Shown: positions 19,013 through 28,648 of the stretch, piece after piece
Numbering within the stretch: the first letter of the stretch is position 1
Layout of the letters: the number at the start of each line of letters is the position of its first letter
Source: Bdellovibrionales bacterium
GTDB lineage: Bacteria; Bdellovibrionota; Bdellovibrionia; Bdellovibrionales; UBA1609
Assembly: GCA_027317865.1 (NCBI GenBank)
Contig: DAHVQG010000012.1
Coordinates: forward strand, 1-64,000
Reading direction: 5' to 3'
DNA length: 64,000 bases
Notes under the pieces: generated by a model
Databases searched by the model: none
Told to the model about the DNA's origin: nothing
What the model saw: only the letters and a program-made list of their open reading frames with translations
Made by a program: the position numbers and the translations under genes

Positions 19013-20430
19013 AACCCCGGATGGGTCATCCGCTCGGGGCGCACGACTTCATCAAATTTTTCAGCGCTGATGAGCCCAAGCTTGATCGCTTCTTCTCGAA
19101 GTGAGGTGCCATTTTTGTAAGCAGCTTTGGCAATTTTGGCGGCATTGTCATAACCAATCACTGGGTTGAGCGCCGTTACAAGCATGAGTGAATTTTCAAC
19201 GTGTTGTTTGATTTTCGCCTCATTAGCTTGAATTCCGACGACACAATTCTTAGTAAAACTCTCGCACGCGTCCGCTATTAATCGAATGGAATTGAGCACA
19301 TTAAAGACAATGAGCGGTTTAAACACATTTAGCTCAAAATGCCCGGTCGACCCTCCCACTGCGACTGCCATATCGTTTCCAATCACCTGCGCGGCCACCA
19401 TGGTTACCGCCTCACACTGGGTTGGGTTCACTTTACCCGGCATAATCGAGCTGCCGGGTTCGTTGGCCGGTAAAATCAACTCGGCAAACCCGGCTCGCGG
19501 CCCGGAACCCATCAGCCGAATATCGTTGGCTATTTTCATTAGCGAACATGCGATCGTTTTCAGTTGGCCCGACAGCTCAACTAGCGCGTCATGCGCCGCG
19601 AGCGCTTCAAATTTGTTAACGGCTGAAACGAACGGCAATTTGGTCTCATCGGCAATCATTTGCGCCGCAAGTTTTGCAAAATCAGGGTGTGTATTAAGGC
19701 CTGTGCCTACGGCTGTGCCTCCTAACGCTAATTGATAGACGCGCGGGAGCGTCGATTGCACACGAGATTTCGCATTTTCAAGCTGCTGAACATACCCTGA
19801 GAATTCTTGGCCAAGGGTAAGAGGTGTCGCATCCATAAGATGGGTGCGGCCGATTTTCACAATCGACATAAACTCTTTTGATTTTTTTTCTAGCGCCGCC
19901 CGCAGAACTTCGAGCATCGGCAAAAGACGCCGGTTCAGTTCTGACGCCACAGCAATGTGCATCGCAGTGGGGAAGGTATCGTTTGAACTTTGCGCTTTAT
20001 TCACGTCGTCGTTCGGATGAACCTTAGCTTCCGCACCTAAAATTTCTTTGGCTCGATTGGCAATTACTTCATTAGCATTCATATTGGTTTGCGTGCCCGA
20101 ACCCGTCTGCCACACCACAAGCGGAAAATGCCCATCCAGCTCACCCGATATCACTTCGTCGGCCGCTTGTTGAATAGCGCGCGCTTTACGTTCATCTAGT
20201 AACCCTAATTTCTGATTGGCCCGGGCTGCGCATTTCTTAAGCACTCCCAAAGCGCGAATCATCTCACGCGGGAAGTGATCGGTGCCGATTTTAAAGTTTT
20301 CAAATGAGCGTTGGGTTTGCGCCCCCCAATAGCGGTCGGCGGGGACTTGAATCTCACCCATGCTGTCTTTTTCAATTCGCGTCTGATTTGTCTCGGTATT
20401 TGTCTTTTTATCTGTTTTTGCATTTGCCAT
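19009..20430 (-). CDS. fumC: Fumarate hydratase class II
   Basis: [44 protein letters not shown] signature. Confidence 0.98.
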   Translation of the reverse strand: MANAKTDKKTNTETNQTRIEKDSMGEIQVPADRYWGAQTQRSFENFKIGTDHFPREMIRALGVLKKCAARANQKLGLLDERKARAIQQAADEVISGELDGHFPLVVWQTGSGTQTNMNANEVIANRAKEILGAEAKVHPNDDVNKAQSSNDTFPTAMHIAVASELNRRLLPMLEVLRAALEKKSKEFMSIVKIGRTHLMDATPLTLGQEFSGYVQQLENAKSRVQSTLPRVYQLALGGTAVGTGLNTHPDFAKLAAQMIADETKLPFVSAVNKFEALAAHDALVELSGQLKTIACSLMKIANDIRLMGSGPRAGFAELILPANEPGSSIMPGKVNPTQCEAVTMVAAQVIGNDMAVAVGGSTGHFELNVFKPLIVFNVLNSIRLIADACESFTKNCVVGIQANEAKIKQHVENSLMLVTALNPVIGYDNAAKIAKAAYKNGTSLREEAIKLGLISAEKFDEVVRPERMTHPGF

Positions 20431-20484
20431 TGTCGCCTCGTGGTGAGCTTAGAGCTGACTTAGTGAGCAACAACCAGTATAAGA

Positions 20485-20985
20485 ATGTCAATGATATCTG
20501 GCAAACGCTACTGGCTGATGAAATCAGAGCCCGACTTATTTTCGTTTCAAGATTTGAAGCGTCGTAAGCACACGCGTTGGGACGGCGTACGCAACTACAT
20601 GGCGCGCAATTATATGATGCATGACATGAAAGTGGGCGACCTCGTGTTGTTTTACCATTCGAATTCAAACCCTTCGGGTGTGGCCGGTATCGCACGTGTT
20701 TCAGCTTTAGCCGCTCCTGATGAATCGGCCTTCGATTCGACATCACCTTACTTTGATGACCGCTCAACGCCCCAAAATCCCCGCTGGTTTTGTGTTGAAG
20801 TAAAGTATGAAGATGATCTCCCAAGCTTTGTTTCTCTCAATGAAATTAAAAAACAGCCGCAACTTAAAAACATGATCCTTTTGCACAACAGCCGCCTTTC
20901 TGTTCAGCCCGTTACTGCGACGGAATTTAAACTGATTCGTGAATTGGCGCGGCAAAATCGTGTCACAAGCGGAGCCCTTAGATGA
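20485..20985 (+). CDS. EVE domain protein
   Basis: YWLMKSEP, WDGVRNYMARN, GDLVLFYHSN, NPRW, RLSVQPV. Confidence 0.95.
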   Translation: MSMISGKRYWLMKSEPDLFSFQDLKRRKHTRWDGVRNYMARNYMMHDMKVGDLVLFYHSNSNPSGVAGIARVSALAAPDESAFDSTSPYFDDRSTPQNPRWFCVEVKYEDDLPSFVSLNEIKKQPQLKNMILLHNSRLSVQPVTATEFKLIRELARQNRVTSGALR

Positions 20986-22109
20986 CCACGGCAAAACGCA
21001 TCGGAATTTTAGGCGGTGGCCAGCTTGCTCGCATGCTCGTCATAGAAGGTTTCAAAATAGGCCTTGAGATGCACGTGATGTCACGTCACTCAACTGACCC
21101 CGCAGCCCAAGTCACACGGTATTGGCATGAAGGCGATGTGAGTAACCTGTCGCAGTTGACTGAATTTTTTAAAAAAGTCGACATCGTCACAATTGAGAGC
21201 GAATTTATGGACGAAAATACGCTTTCACAGGCAACACGCGCGACGGGTACGGCCGTTGAGCCTCATCCCCAACTGTTATCGCAGTTATCCGATCGCTTGA
21301 CGCAAAAGCAGTGGCTTGTTGATAATAAAATACCGACGGCACCGTTTGTCGCCGTCCGCAATGCCGAAGATGTGCGTGATTTTTTTAAAGGGCATCCAGG
21401 CGGTATCGTATTAAAAAAGCGCCGATTTGGTTACGATGGCTACGGCACGTTTATCATTCGCTCCTCGCGAGATTTCGATCAATGGATCCCAGAGAACGGG
21501 CAAAAGGCCGCCGATTTTATTGCCGAAGAATTCATTCCGTTTAAACGCGAATTAGCTGTGCAATTTGCGGTTAATGGCCGAGGCGAGGTTTTACGGTACC
21601 CCGTTGTGGAATGGAAGGCGCAAAACTCCCGCTGCTTATGGGTCAAGGGCCCCGCTCGTGGCGGCTCAGGCACAAAACTTTTATTGCATCTCGAAAAGGC
21701 TTTAAAGCGAGGGGTATTTCACGGAGTCATTGCGTTTGAAATCTTCGAAATAGGAGCAGGTAAAACCCATTCAAAGCACTGGCTCATCAACGAAGTGGCC
21801 CCACGCGTGCACAATTCCGGGCACTATACTATCGAAGCGACACCAACCAATCAGTTTCAAGCCCATTTACGCGCGATTCTTAATTTGCCCCTGCCCAAAG
21901 CCCCGAAATTGTGGTCACCTGGATTTGCCATGTGGAATTTATTAGGCACCAGCTCTGACGTTAGCGATGATTTTTTACCTGAAGTACAAATACACTGGTA
22001 CGGTAAAACTGAAGCGCGGCCGGGAAGAAAAATGGGGCACATAACCGCACTCGGCGCAAGCGGTGATGCCGCATTGAAAAAACTCAAAAAAGCGATTAAG
22101 GGATTTTAG
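20982..22109 (+). CDS. purK: N5-CAIR synthase
   Basis: GILGGGQLARM, GYDGYG, NEVAPRVHNSGH, HWYGK..RPGRKMGH. Confidence 0.96.
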   Translation: MTTAKRIGILGGGQLARMLVIEGFKIGLEMHVMSRHSTDPAAQVTRYWHEGDVSNLSQLTEFFKKVDIVTIESEFMDENTLSQATRATGTAVEPHPQLLSQLSDRLTQKQWLVDNKIPTAPFVAVRNAEDVRDFFKGHPGGIVLKKRRFGYDGYGTFIIRSSRDFDQWIPENGQKAADFIAEEFIPFKRELAVQFAVNGRGEVLRYPVVEWKAQNSRCLWVKGPARGGSGTKLLLHLEKALKRGVFHGVIAFEIFEIGAGKTHSKHWLINEVAPRVHNSGHYTIEATPTNQFQAHLRAILNLPLPKAPKLWSPGFAMWNLLGTSSDVSDDFLPEVQIHWYGKTEARPGRKMGHITALGASGDAALKKLKKAIKGF

Positions 22110-22112
22110 TTT

Positions 22113-22631
22113 ATGGCTCGTATTCGCGCAAAGAAAAGGGCAGAAATACGTTCAGCATGTGTCGCAATTATTATGGGGAGCCGGTCCGATTGGCCGACCA
22201 TGAAAGAGTCGGCGCGAGCATTGCGTGAGCTGAAGATTCAGCATGACGTGAAAATTGTGTCAGCTCATCGCACTCCCGAAGAGATGCAAGAATTCGCCTT
22301 AAATGCCTCAGCAAACGGTTATTCGGTGATCATCGCTGGCGCCGGTGGCGCAGCCCACTTACCCGGAATGGTGGCAAGTCTCACCACATTGCCAGTCATC
22401 GGCGTTCCCGTTACGGTTGGCAAACTTAAAGGGTTAGATTCACTGTTGTCGATTGCGCAAATGCCAAAGGGTGTGCCTGTGGCAACGGTTGCCATCGACA
22501 GCGCGTACAATGCCGGATTGTTGGCTGCGCGAATTTTGGGCCTAAGCGATGTCAAACTGCGCTCACGGCTTGATTTGTTTCGCGCGCGCCAAAAACGAAA
22601 AGTGCGCGCCCAGCAGTCTAAATTATTTTAA
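22113..22631 (+). CDS. purE: N5-CAIR mutase
   Basis: IIMGSRSD, SAHRTPE, IIAGAGGAAHLPGM, QMPKGVPVATVAI. Confidence 0.97.
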   Translation: MARIRAKKRAEIRSACVAIIMGSRSDWPTMKESARALRELKIQHDVKIVSAHRTPEEMQEFALNASANGYSVIIAGAGGAAHLPGMVASLTTLPVIGVPVTVGKLKGLDSLLSIAQMPKGVPVATVAIDSAYNAGLLAARILGLSDVKLRSRLDLFRARQKRKVRAQQSKLF

Positions 22632-22674
22632 AATTTCTCAATTCGCCGGACAGTCAGGCAAACGAGGGGACGCC

Positions 22675-23883
22675 CTAGTACAAATAATATTCTCGCGATT
22701 CTTGCCGCCAATCGACTTCGTCACGCGCGAGTTTGCGCTCGAGGTCACTCCACTTGGCGGCGGGGTCGTCAACCCACTCCCGCAAAAAAGAATCACCGCT
22801 TAAAATATCGATCGGCATTTTTTTGGCCTCATATTCATACGGCGGGTCACGCCACAGTTCAATTTCCGGTTGCAATTGGCGCAACGTCTTTAGCGCCGCA
22901 CAGACAATGCGGTAGGGCCGAAAACGATTATGACGGTAACCCGAATGGTCAATGTGAATTTGAAAACCTGCGCAAAGTTCACCCTTGTGCTTCTGAAATG
23001 TTGGCTCAAAAAAACACGGCCGCAATATTGCGCCACCAAGAACATCCGGATTGATCATTTTGTCTATCGCCGCAACCCATTTTTCGGCATCAATGCCGGG
23101 CGCACCAACAAGCTCCAGCGGCCTTGTCGTACCACGGCCTTCTGAAAGGTTTGTCCCTTCGATAAGAACCGTGCCCGCATACATACGCACAGTCGACAAA
23201 CGCGGAATGTTCGGACTGGGGTTGACCCAAGCACGCTCCCCTAGCCGCCACCCGAAGTCAGGCTTTTCAGCTGGTTTGTAACCACGCATTTTGACGACGT
23301 GATAATTGACATCGAGATTCCGCAAATTCTTGTACCACTGTCCGGCTTCTCCAAGAGTCAAACCATGGCGCATGACTATGGGGGCTGCGCCCACAAAGCT
23401 CGCGAAATTCATGTCAAGTTTTGAGCCTTCAATAACTCGCCCTGCGGGGTTAGGGCGATCGAGCACCCAAACACTGCACCCTGTTCGAGCTGCGTCGTCG
23501 ATAATGTAAAACAGTGTCGTTAGAAACGTATAAATGCGGCAGCCGACATCCTGCAGGTCAAACAAGAACGTGTCGCAATGTTCGAGCATCTTTTCAGTCG
23601 GCCGGCGTGTTTCACCGTAAAGACTAAAAACAGGTATGCCATGCTTGGCGTCGATAAAGTCGCCGCTTTCAATCATATTGTCTTGCTTTTCACCACGCAT
23701 ACCGTGCTGCGGGCCAAATGCGCAGGTGACCGGAATTTTTGCTTTGATCAATGCATCGAGGGAGTGCTGCAAATCGGCTGAAACAGAAGCGGGATGGGCC
23801 ACAAGCCCCACACGGCAACCTTTGAGTCGCGTTTTCAGTTTTTGGTCTTGTAACAGTTGTTCGAGGCCAAGCCTAACAGACAT
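22675..23883 (-). CDS. DUF1343 / NamZ-like exo-beta-N-acetylmuramidase
   Basis: FGPQHG, VFSLYG, FDLQDVGCRIYT, LDRPNP, RHGLTLGE, PSPNIP, EGTNLSEGRGTTRP. Confidence 0.9.
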   Translation of the reverse strand: MSVRLGLEQLLQDQKLKTRLKGCRVGLVAHPASVSADLQHSLDALIKAKIPVTCAFGPQHGMRGEKQDNMIESGDFIDAKHGIPVFSLYGETRRPTEKMLEHCDTFLFDLQDVGCRIYTFLTTLFYIIDDAARTGCSVWVLDRPNPAGRVIEGSKLDMNFASFVGAAPIVMRHGLTLGEAGQWYKNLRNLDVNYHVVKMRGYKPAEKPDFGWRLGERAWVNPSPNIPRLSTVRMYAGTVLIEGTNLSEGRGTTRPLELVGAPGIDAEKWVAAIDKMINPDVLGGAILRPCFFEPTFQKHKGELCAGFQIHIDHSGYRHNRFRPYRIVCAALKTLRQLQPEIELWRDPPYEYEAKKMPIDILSGDSFLREWVDDPAAKWSDLERKLARDEVDWRQESREYYLY

Positions 23884-23941
23884 ACATCGATTCTCGTTTG
23901 CACTTGCAAAAACCGCAACGCGAATTTAAACATATTTTTGT

Positions 23942-24018
23942 CGGGGTGTAGCGCAGCCCGGTAGCGCGTTTGCTTCGGGAGCAAAAGGTCGCGAGTTCAA
24001 ATCTCGCCACCCCGACCA
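23942..24018 (+). tRNA. tRNA-Pro(CGG)
   Basis: CGGGGTG/CACCCCG acceptor stem, TTTGC-TTCGGGA-GCAAA anticodon arm, GTTCAAATC T-loop, CCA end. Confidence 0.97.
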
Positions 24019-24030
24019 TTTGTAAAACAA

Positions 24031-24561
24031 TCAACGGGCAAATAAAGTCTTAAAGGTATCTCGGTAACTGTAATCCGGTCCCAGCCCTGGGCGATTTGAA
24101 ACATGCAGATCCGCAATGTCAAAACGGCTGGCAATATTTTTGAAAATTCCCTGAGCGAGTACGCCGTCATCACCCTGAAGAACAACTGAATTCCATACCG
24201 CGGATTTCATTTCGCCCTTGAGTAGTTTGGCTGACAAACGAAGCGAGTCAAAGCTGACGTAGACCGACGGGTCTAGAATCGGCTGATCCGGCACGCCCAA
24301 CACATCGACTTGAACATCGGTCGCACCCATTTGTTTGAGAATGTGTTGCGTCTCTTCTTGTACCACGTCGGGGTTGTAATAAATCCGGTCACCGAAACCG
24401 GTAATCGTGTTAACGGTAAAACTGAAACTGTTGTGAATCTGTGCCGCCTCAACCACGATCGGCGTGCCATAGACCGGCGCTTGATTCATCGCGGTCGCGG
24501 CAATTGCAAAAATTGAACTCGCTGCAAACAATAGAACCTTCAAAATAAGTGACTTTTTCAT
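24031..24561 (-). CDS. Hypothetical secreted protein
   Basis: MKKSLILKVLLFAASSIFAIAATA signal peptide; AAGGGGGAG RBS. Confidence 0.8.
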   Translation of the reverse strand: MKKSLILKVLLFAASSIFAIAATAMNQAPVYGTPIVVEAAQIHNSFSFTVNTITGFGDRIYYNPDVVQEETQHILKQMGATDVQVDVLGVPDQPILDPSVYVSFDSLRLSAKLLKGEMKSAVWNSVVLQGDDGVLAQGIFKNIASRFDIADLHVSNRPGLGPDYSYRDTFKTLFAR

Positions 24562-24790
24562 CGACGCTCCCCCTTGAGGCCTTATAGGCTCTCATTTTTC
24601 ATAGGTCGGCCATTAGGTGAAGTCAAACTTATTCCCGACCTTCGGCGGGGGCTCAAAACCACGACGGGCTATTGAAATCACGCCTTTGCAACAGCAAAGT
24701 TCACGATTCATTACAGGTGATATTTTTTGCTTACGAGACAGTTCAAGTGCGAATTAAATCGTAATATTGAGCGCAGTTATGAAACCCATC

Positions 24791-25327
24791 ATGAAGCAAA
24801 ACATAGCTCCAGTCGTTCTCGCAGTTGCTTGTATTTTGGGGATAGCTCAAGCCGCGCATGCGCAGAGACCGCTGGTCACAAAAGCCGAATTTACGACTGC
24901 CTATTATCATCGCCTTGCACTTGGTAATAAACAAGGCAAGTTTCATCTCATTTTGTTTATCGACGACATCCCCGCACGGCCGTATTTAAACCTGACGCAC
25001 CTTCTACAATCGCCAGCGTATTCTACACCGCTCGACTGGCAAATCCGCGACATTACAACCACCCGTATCGTAATGGATCGTAGTATGTGGAAGGAACCGG
25101 GTGATTACGCAGGCGTCATACTTATTGCTAATCCTTTGAATTACGCTCAGCCGCAATTCCTAAAACTTTCATCTGAGAGGGCGTTTGATATCTTTTATGC
25201 CATTCATTTGCATAATTTGGTGCTTGGGCCGGACGTCGAGTGCGTAAAAACTCCCGGTTATTCTGAAAATAACCCCGGCGACTGCTTTTATGGCTTGCAT
25301 TTTTTCAGAGCATTTTCAACTCGCTGA
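24791..25327 (+). CDS. Hypothetical secreted protein
   Basis: MKQNIAPVVLAVACILGIAQAAHA signal peptide; start uncertain (24779 or 24791). Confidence 0.75.
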   Translation: MKQNIAPVVLAVACILGIAQAAHAQRPLVTKAEFTTAYYHRLALGNKQGKFHLILFIDDIPARPYLNLTHLLQSPAYSTPLDWQIRDITTTRIVMDRSMWKEPGDYAGVILIANPLNYAQPQFLKLSSERAFDIFYAIHLHNLVLGPDVECVKTPGYSENNPGDCFYGLHFFRAFSTR

Positions 25328-25430
25328 ATTTATACGTCGCCAGTTAAACGCGCTTATACGCGTTTCAAAATGAAACAAATTGCAGGTGCTGTCCACTCAT
25401 TGGTCATGCGTCTAGAGCACGAACGATGAG

Positions 25431-25610
25431 TGAGACATGAGACAGTTGTCAAAGCACTGTAATCACTAGCCCGGTACTTGGCCCTTCTTTTGCTTATTTT
25501 ATCTTTATCAAGGGTTCACGTTGGCCGGCTAAATTACTGAAATTGTTTAAAAATGAGATTTTCGGGGGAGAAGCTCAGTGAAATTAACGAGGGGTGTATC
25601 TACAATTTAT
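25431..25610 (+). repeat. Copy 1 of a duplicated leader of about 180 bp (promoter + 5'UTR + start of signal peptide)
   Basis: Colinear with 27549-27724: TGAGACATGAGACA, CTGTAATCACTAGCCC, TGGCCC..TTTTGCTTATTT, AAAATGAGATTT, CTCAGTGAAATTAA, ACAATTTAT. Confidence 0.9.
25478..25494 (+). promoter_or_regulatory. Sigma54 (-24/-12) promoter
   Basis: TTGGCCCTTCTTTTGCT = GG-N10-GC, conserved in the second leader copy. Confidence 0.75.
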
Positions 25611-27407
25611 GTTTGCGCATTGATAAGCTCTTGCGCATTCATTTTTGGTTGCTCGAAGGCAGCACCGCTCGATCCTTTGAATCAAGTGGACTTGGCGTCG
25701 GCCCCAACCAACGAAGTAAAAGTTAATTTTTGCACCGATCCCGCCTATCAACAAAAGCAGTATATTAAAACCATTGTTATTCTCGACCATTCCGGCAGTA
25801 ACCAAGAAAACTACTTAATGGCCGCCGATGGTTCGGGCGCTCCGGCGTTAGTAAACGGCAATATCGTCATCAACCCGACTTATGCGACCGACCCGACCGG
25901 TCAAACACGCTATGGCAATATCAACACACCAGGAACACTCCTCAATTATCTTTACAATTTACCGCCGAACAATCCCGCCGACCCAACGCGCTTTTTTGCA
26001 CTGATTGATTTCAATGGTAATGAGAAAACCTACCCGGCAAATGCCGCTGGTTTCACCTCGAATATCCCGGCTTTCTACAATTATGTTCAACAAGACGCCA
26101 CGGCCTCAAACGGTCACCCCAACGACAGCGGTTCGACGGATTATATGGGAGCCCTTCAGCAGGCCTATAACATTATCGAAAATGACATTCAGACTGAAAA
26201 AAATTGCGCAGCCCTCCCTCTCGGTTCAACTTCACCTGGGAGCTGGTGCCCAGTCCCTGGCGTCGCCACAGCTTCGTCATACGTGATTGTTTTTATGAGT
26301 GATGGCTCGCCGATTACCAGCATCAGCGGGGTCGGCATGAACAGTAATGGGCAAATTGTAACGACAGGCCCGATTTCAATCACTAAAGAACCTTCGTCAA
26401 ATATTTTAGGCGAAGTTCAGACCATCGCGTCTTTAGCATCTGAAAAGAAATACGTCGCGGGCGTCAATCTCTTCACGATCTATTACTATCACCCAGGCAA
26501 CGTCGATTTAAGCGGCCAACAGCTGCTTGCACAAATGGCCAAGGTCGGTAACGGTATCGCCTACAACGCGCTTTCGGGTTCGAACATCAACTACGCGCAA
26601 TTTCAACCGCCAACAAAACTCATCAAATATAAATTAGCCGACATTTATGTAACCAATCAATCGGTCACCTGGTGGAGCGACGGCAAACTTCACCGCGATA
26701 CGGACGGCGACGGTCTGCCCAATTCCGTCGAAACAGCTTGGGGCAGCAACCCCCTTAACGCGTATACTCAAGGCAACGGCGTTTCTGATTATGTGACTTA
26801 TTTTCTCACAAACGGCGCGCCCTTTACATCCGTTGATTACGCATCCGGCGTTTGCAGCGGAATCAAAAAAATCCCATTGGCTAGCGGAGGCTACACTTTT
26901 GTATCTTCAGATCCCGATGGCTTAAACGATTGCGAAAAGCTTTTGCTCAACGACGCCGGCGGAATCGGCAACCCCAATTCAAATGGCGACGGCATCCCCG
27001 ATTTTCTCGCCTTTCGCAACGGCGTTCCGTTTCAAATCGGGACTAACCCCGATGTCAATACTCCCGATGCTTCTGGTTATTCAATTGCGCAAAAAATTAA
27101 GTTTTCACTTCCGGTTCAAGTACCGCCGGCTGAATTAGTCAATTACAAACCCGATCAATACAACATGCAACTTGTGAGCTCAACCGCAACGCAAGACTGT
27201 TACAATCTCACCGTAACCGGATTGCCCACAATCGGTTCAGGTAATACCGTTCGCGTTGACGTTATTGAAACAAATCCGCTTCTTCAAAACAGCTATCTTT
27301 ATAGAGTTGGCGAGAAGAAATTTACTTCGGGTAACCCAACGTTAATTTTCAACGACTGGAATAACCCCGCTGAACAAACCGCTGGAACTTGGCAGGTATG
27401 GAATTAA
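25578..27407 (+). CDS. vWA (MIDAS) + TSP3-like Ca-binding lipoprotein, MtsD/CglD-like
   Basis: Lipobox IFGC. MIDAS DHSGS..T(GSTDY)..D(FMSDG). DTDGDGLP, DGLNDCE and NGDGIPD repeats. Confidence 0.85.
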   Translation: MKLTRGVSTIYVCALISSCAFIFGCSKAAPLDPLNQVDLASAPTNEVKVNFCTDPAYQQKQYIKTIVILDHSGSNQENYLMAADGSGAPALVNGNIVINPTYATDPTGQTRYGNINTPGTLLNYLYNLPPNNPADPTRFFALIDFNGNEKTYPANAAGFTSNIPAFYNYVQQDATASNGHPNDSGSTDYMGALQQAYNIIENDIQTEKNCAALPLGSTSPGSWCPVPGVATASSYVIVFMSDGSPITSISGVGMNSNGQIVTTGPISITKEPSSNILGEVQTIASLASEKKYVAGVNLFTIYYYHPGNVDLSGQQLLAQMAKVGNGIAYNALSGSNINYAQFQPPTKLIKYKLADIYVTNQSVTWWSDGKLHRDTDGDGLPNSVETAWGSNPLNAYTQGNGVSDYVTYFLTNGAPFTSVDYASGVCSGIKKIPLASGGYTFVSSDPDGLNDCEKLLLNDAGGIGNPNSNGDGIPDFLAFRNGVPFQIGTNPDVNTPDASGYSIAQKIKFSLPVQVPPAELVNYKPDQYNMQLVSSTATQDCYNLTVTGLPTIGSGNTVRVDVIETNPLLQNSYLYRVGEKKFTSGNPTLIFNDWNNPAEQTAGTWQVWN

Positions 27408-27548
27408 TAAAATCAAACCATAAAATTCTTGAACTGTCTCATTTTCGAACGGCCTTAAAACATAAATTCTCAACCATTTTAAGATCTTACTGTCTCAAAA
27501 AGAATCCTGTCGACTCTTTGGTCGCACGCTTATCGCATAGACATCGGA

Positions 27549-27724
27549 TGAGACATGAGACACCTGTCAAAACCCTGTAATCACTAGCCCGCCAACTGGC
27601 CCGTGTTTTGCTTATTTATATCTGTATCGGGGTCACGTTTTCAGGATAAATCAAAAAATGTTTCAAAATGAGATTTCGGGGGAAATACTCAGTGAAATTA
27701 AACAGGGGACTTCAAACAATTTAT
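27549..27724 (+). repeat. Copy 2 of the duplicated leader
   Basis: Matches 25431-25610 (see copy 1). Confidence 0.9.
27596..27612 (+). promoter_or_regulatory. Sigma54 (-24/-12) promoter
   Basis: CTGGCCCGTGTTTTGCT = GG-N10-GC. Confidence 0.75.
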
Positions 27725-28648
27725 ATCTTCGTATTGGCGAGTGCCAGCACAATGCTGTTTGGTTGCTCGAAATACAAAGCTTTACAGTCGCTTGATGCGG
27801 CCTCGATTGAACAGCCCCCGCAAACCACCTCAATTTATATTCAAAATTATAAACCCCAGGCTGGTAATGTATTTGTTAACTTTTTTGTCTCAAATTATTC
27901 AGTCGTTGTGAACAACGGTCAGCTTGAGTACAGCACCGCGCGCGACGGTCTCTGGGATTCTCTCAAAGACCAGCTTAACCCCACCTACGGATTTTCAACT
28001 TCAACCCCCGAATCCACGACAGTAGGCTTTGCTGACCTCGTCTTATTTGATCTCGGCATTACCACGAATGAACAGCCGCAACTTTATTGCCCACCGGACG
28101 AAATGGATAGCAGCAGTAACGATGCCATCATTTACAACGATTCACGCTTACCGGGTAACCCCGTCGAATTTTTGGGCCTTCGCGATTGTGAAAAATCGTA
28201 CTTAGGTTTAGACCCGACGACGCCCGATTACGACAATAGCGGCATTCCTGATTATCTTGCCCTCCGTTGCGGTCTCAATCCGGCCGACCCGAACGACTTA
28301 CAAGTAAGTGCGGCCGGCGACAGCGTTTCGAACCTTGATAAATGCAAAGATCATATTCCGATTGGTGAAACTTACCAAGACAACCAACTTTATGCCTACC
28401 AGTACACAAAACTCGTAAACCCTGATGGCACAGACAATTTTTCAGTGACCAATATTCCAGTACTCAACGGCGGCCAAGACAACTTTCTCGCCTTCTACGT
28501 TCTCGAGCAGAATCTCACAACGAAAGCTTCTTCTGTTTATACGGCATTTGCCATTTTGAAAAACGGCTACGCCGGCCAAACCTTGAAATTCAACTACTGG
28601 GCAACAAGTCCGTCGACTTTCTCTAATCAGGAGGTCAATGTTCCATGA
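27692..28648 (+). CDS. Lipoprotein homologous to the C-half (TSP3-like + C-terminal beta domain) of the flanking vWA proteins, lacking vWA
   Basis: GTG at 27692 is positionally equivalent to 25578. Lipobox LFGC. GLRDCEK, DNSGIPD and FSVTNIP motifs. Confidence 0.85.
   Translation: MKLNRGLQTIYIFVLASASTMLFGCSKYKALQSLDAASIEQPPQTTSIYIQNYKPQAGNVFVNFFVSNYSVVVNNGQLEYSTARDGLWDSLKDQLNPTYGFSTSTPESTTVGFADLVLFDLGITTNEQPQLYCPPDEMDSSSNDAIIYNDSRLPGNPVEFLGLRDCEKSYLGLDPTTPDYDNSGIPDYLALRCGLNPADPNDLQVSAAGDSVSNLDKCKDHIPIGETYQDNQLYAYQYTKLVNPDGTDNFSVTNIPVLNGGQDNFLAFYVLEQNLTTKASSVYTAFAILKNGYAGQTLKFNYWATSPSTFSNQEVNVP

Noticed and set aside
27389-27580. 63-aa ORF between the lipoprotein genes
   Set aside because: It overlaps the upstream stop and the duplicated promoter block and has no protein features; the region is regulatory.
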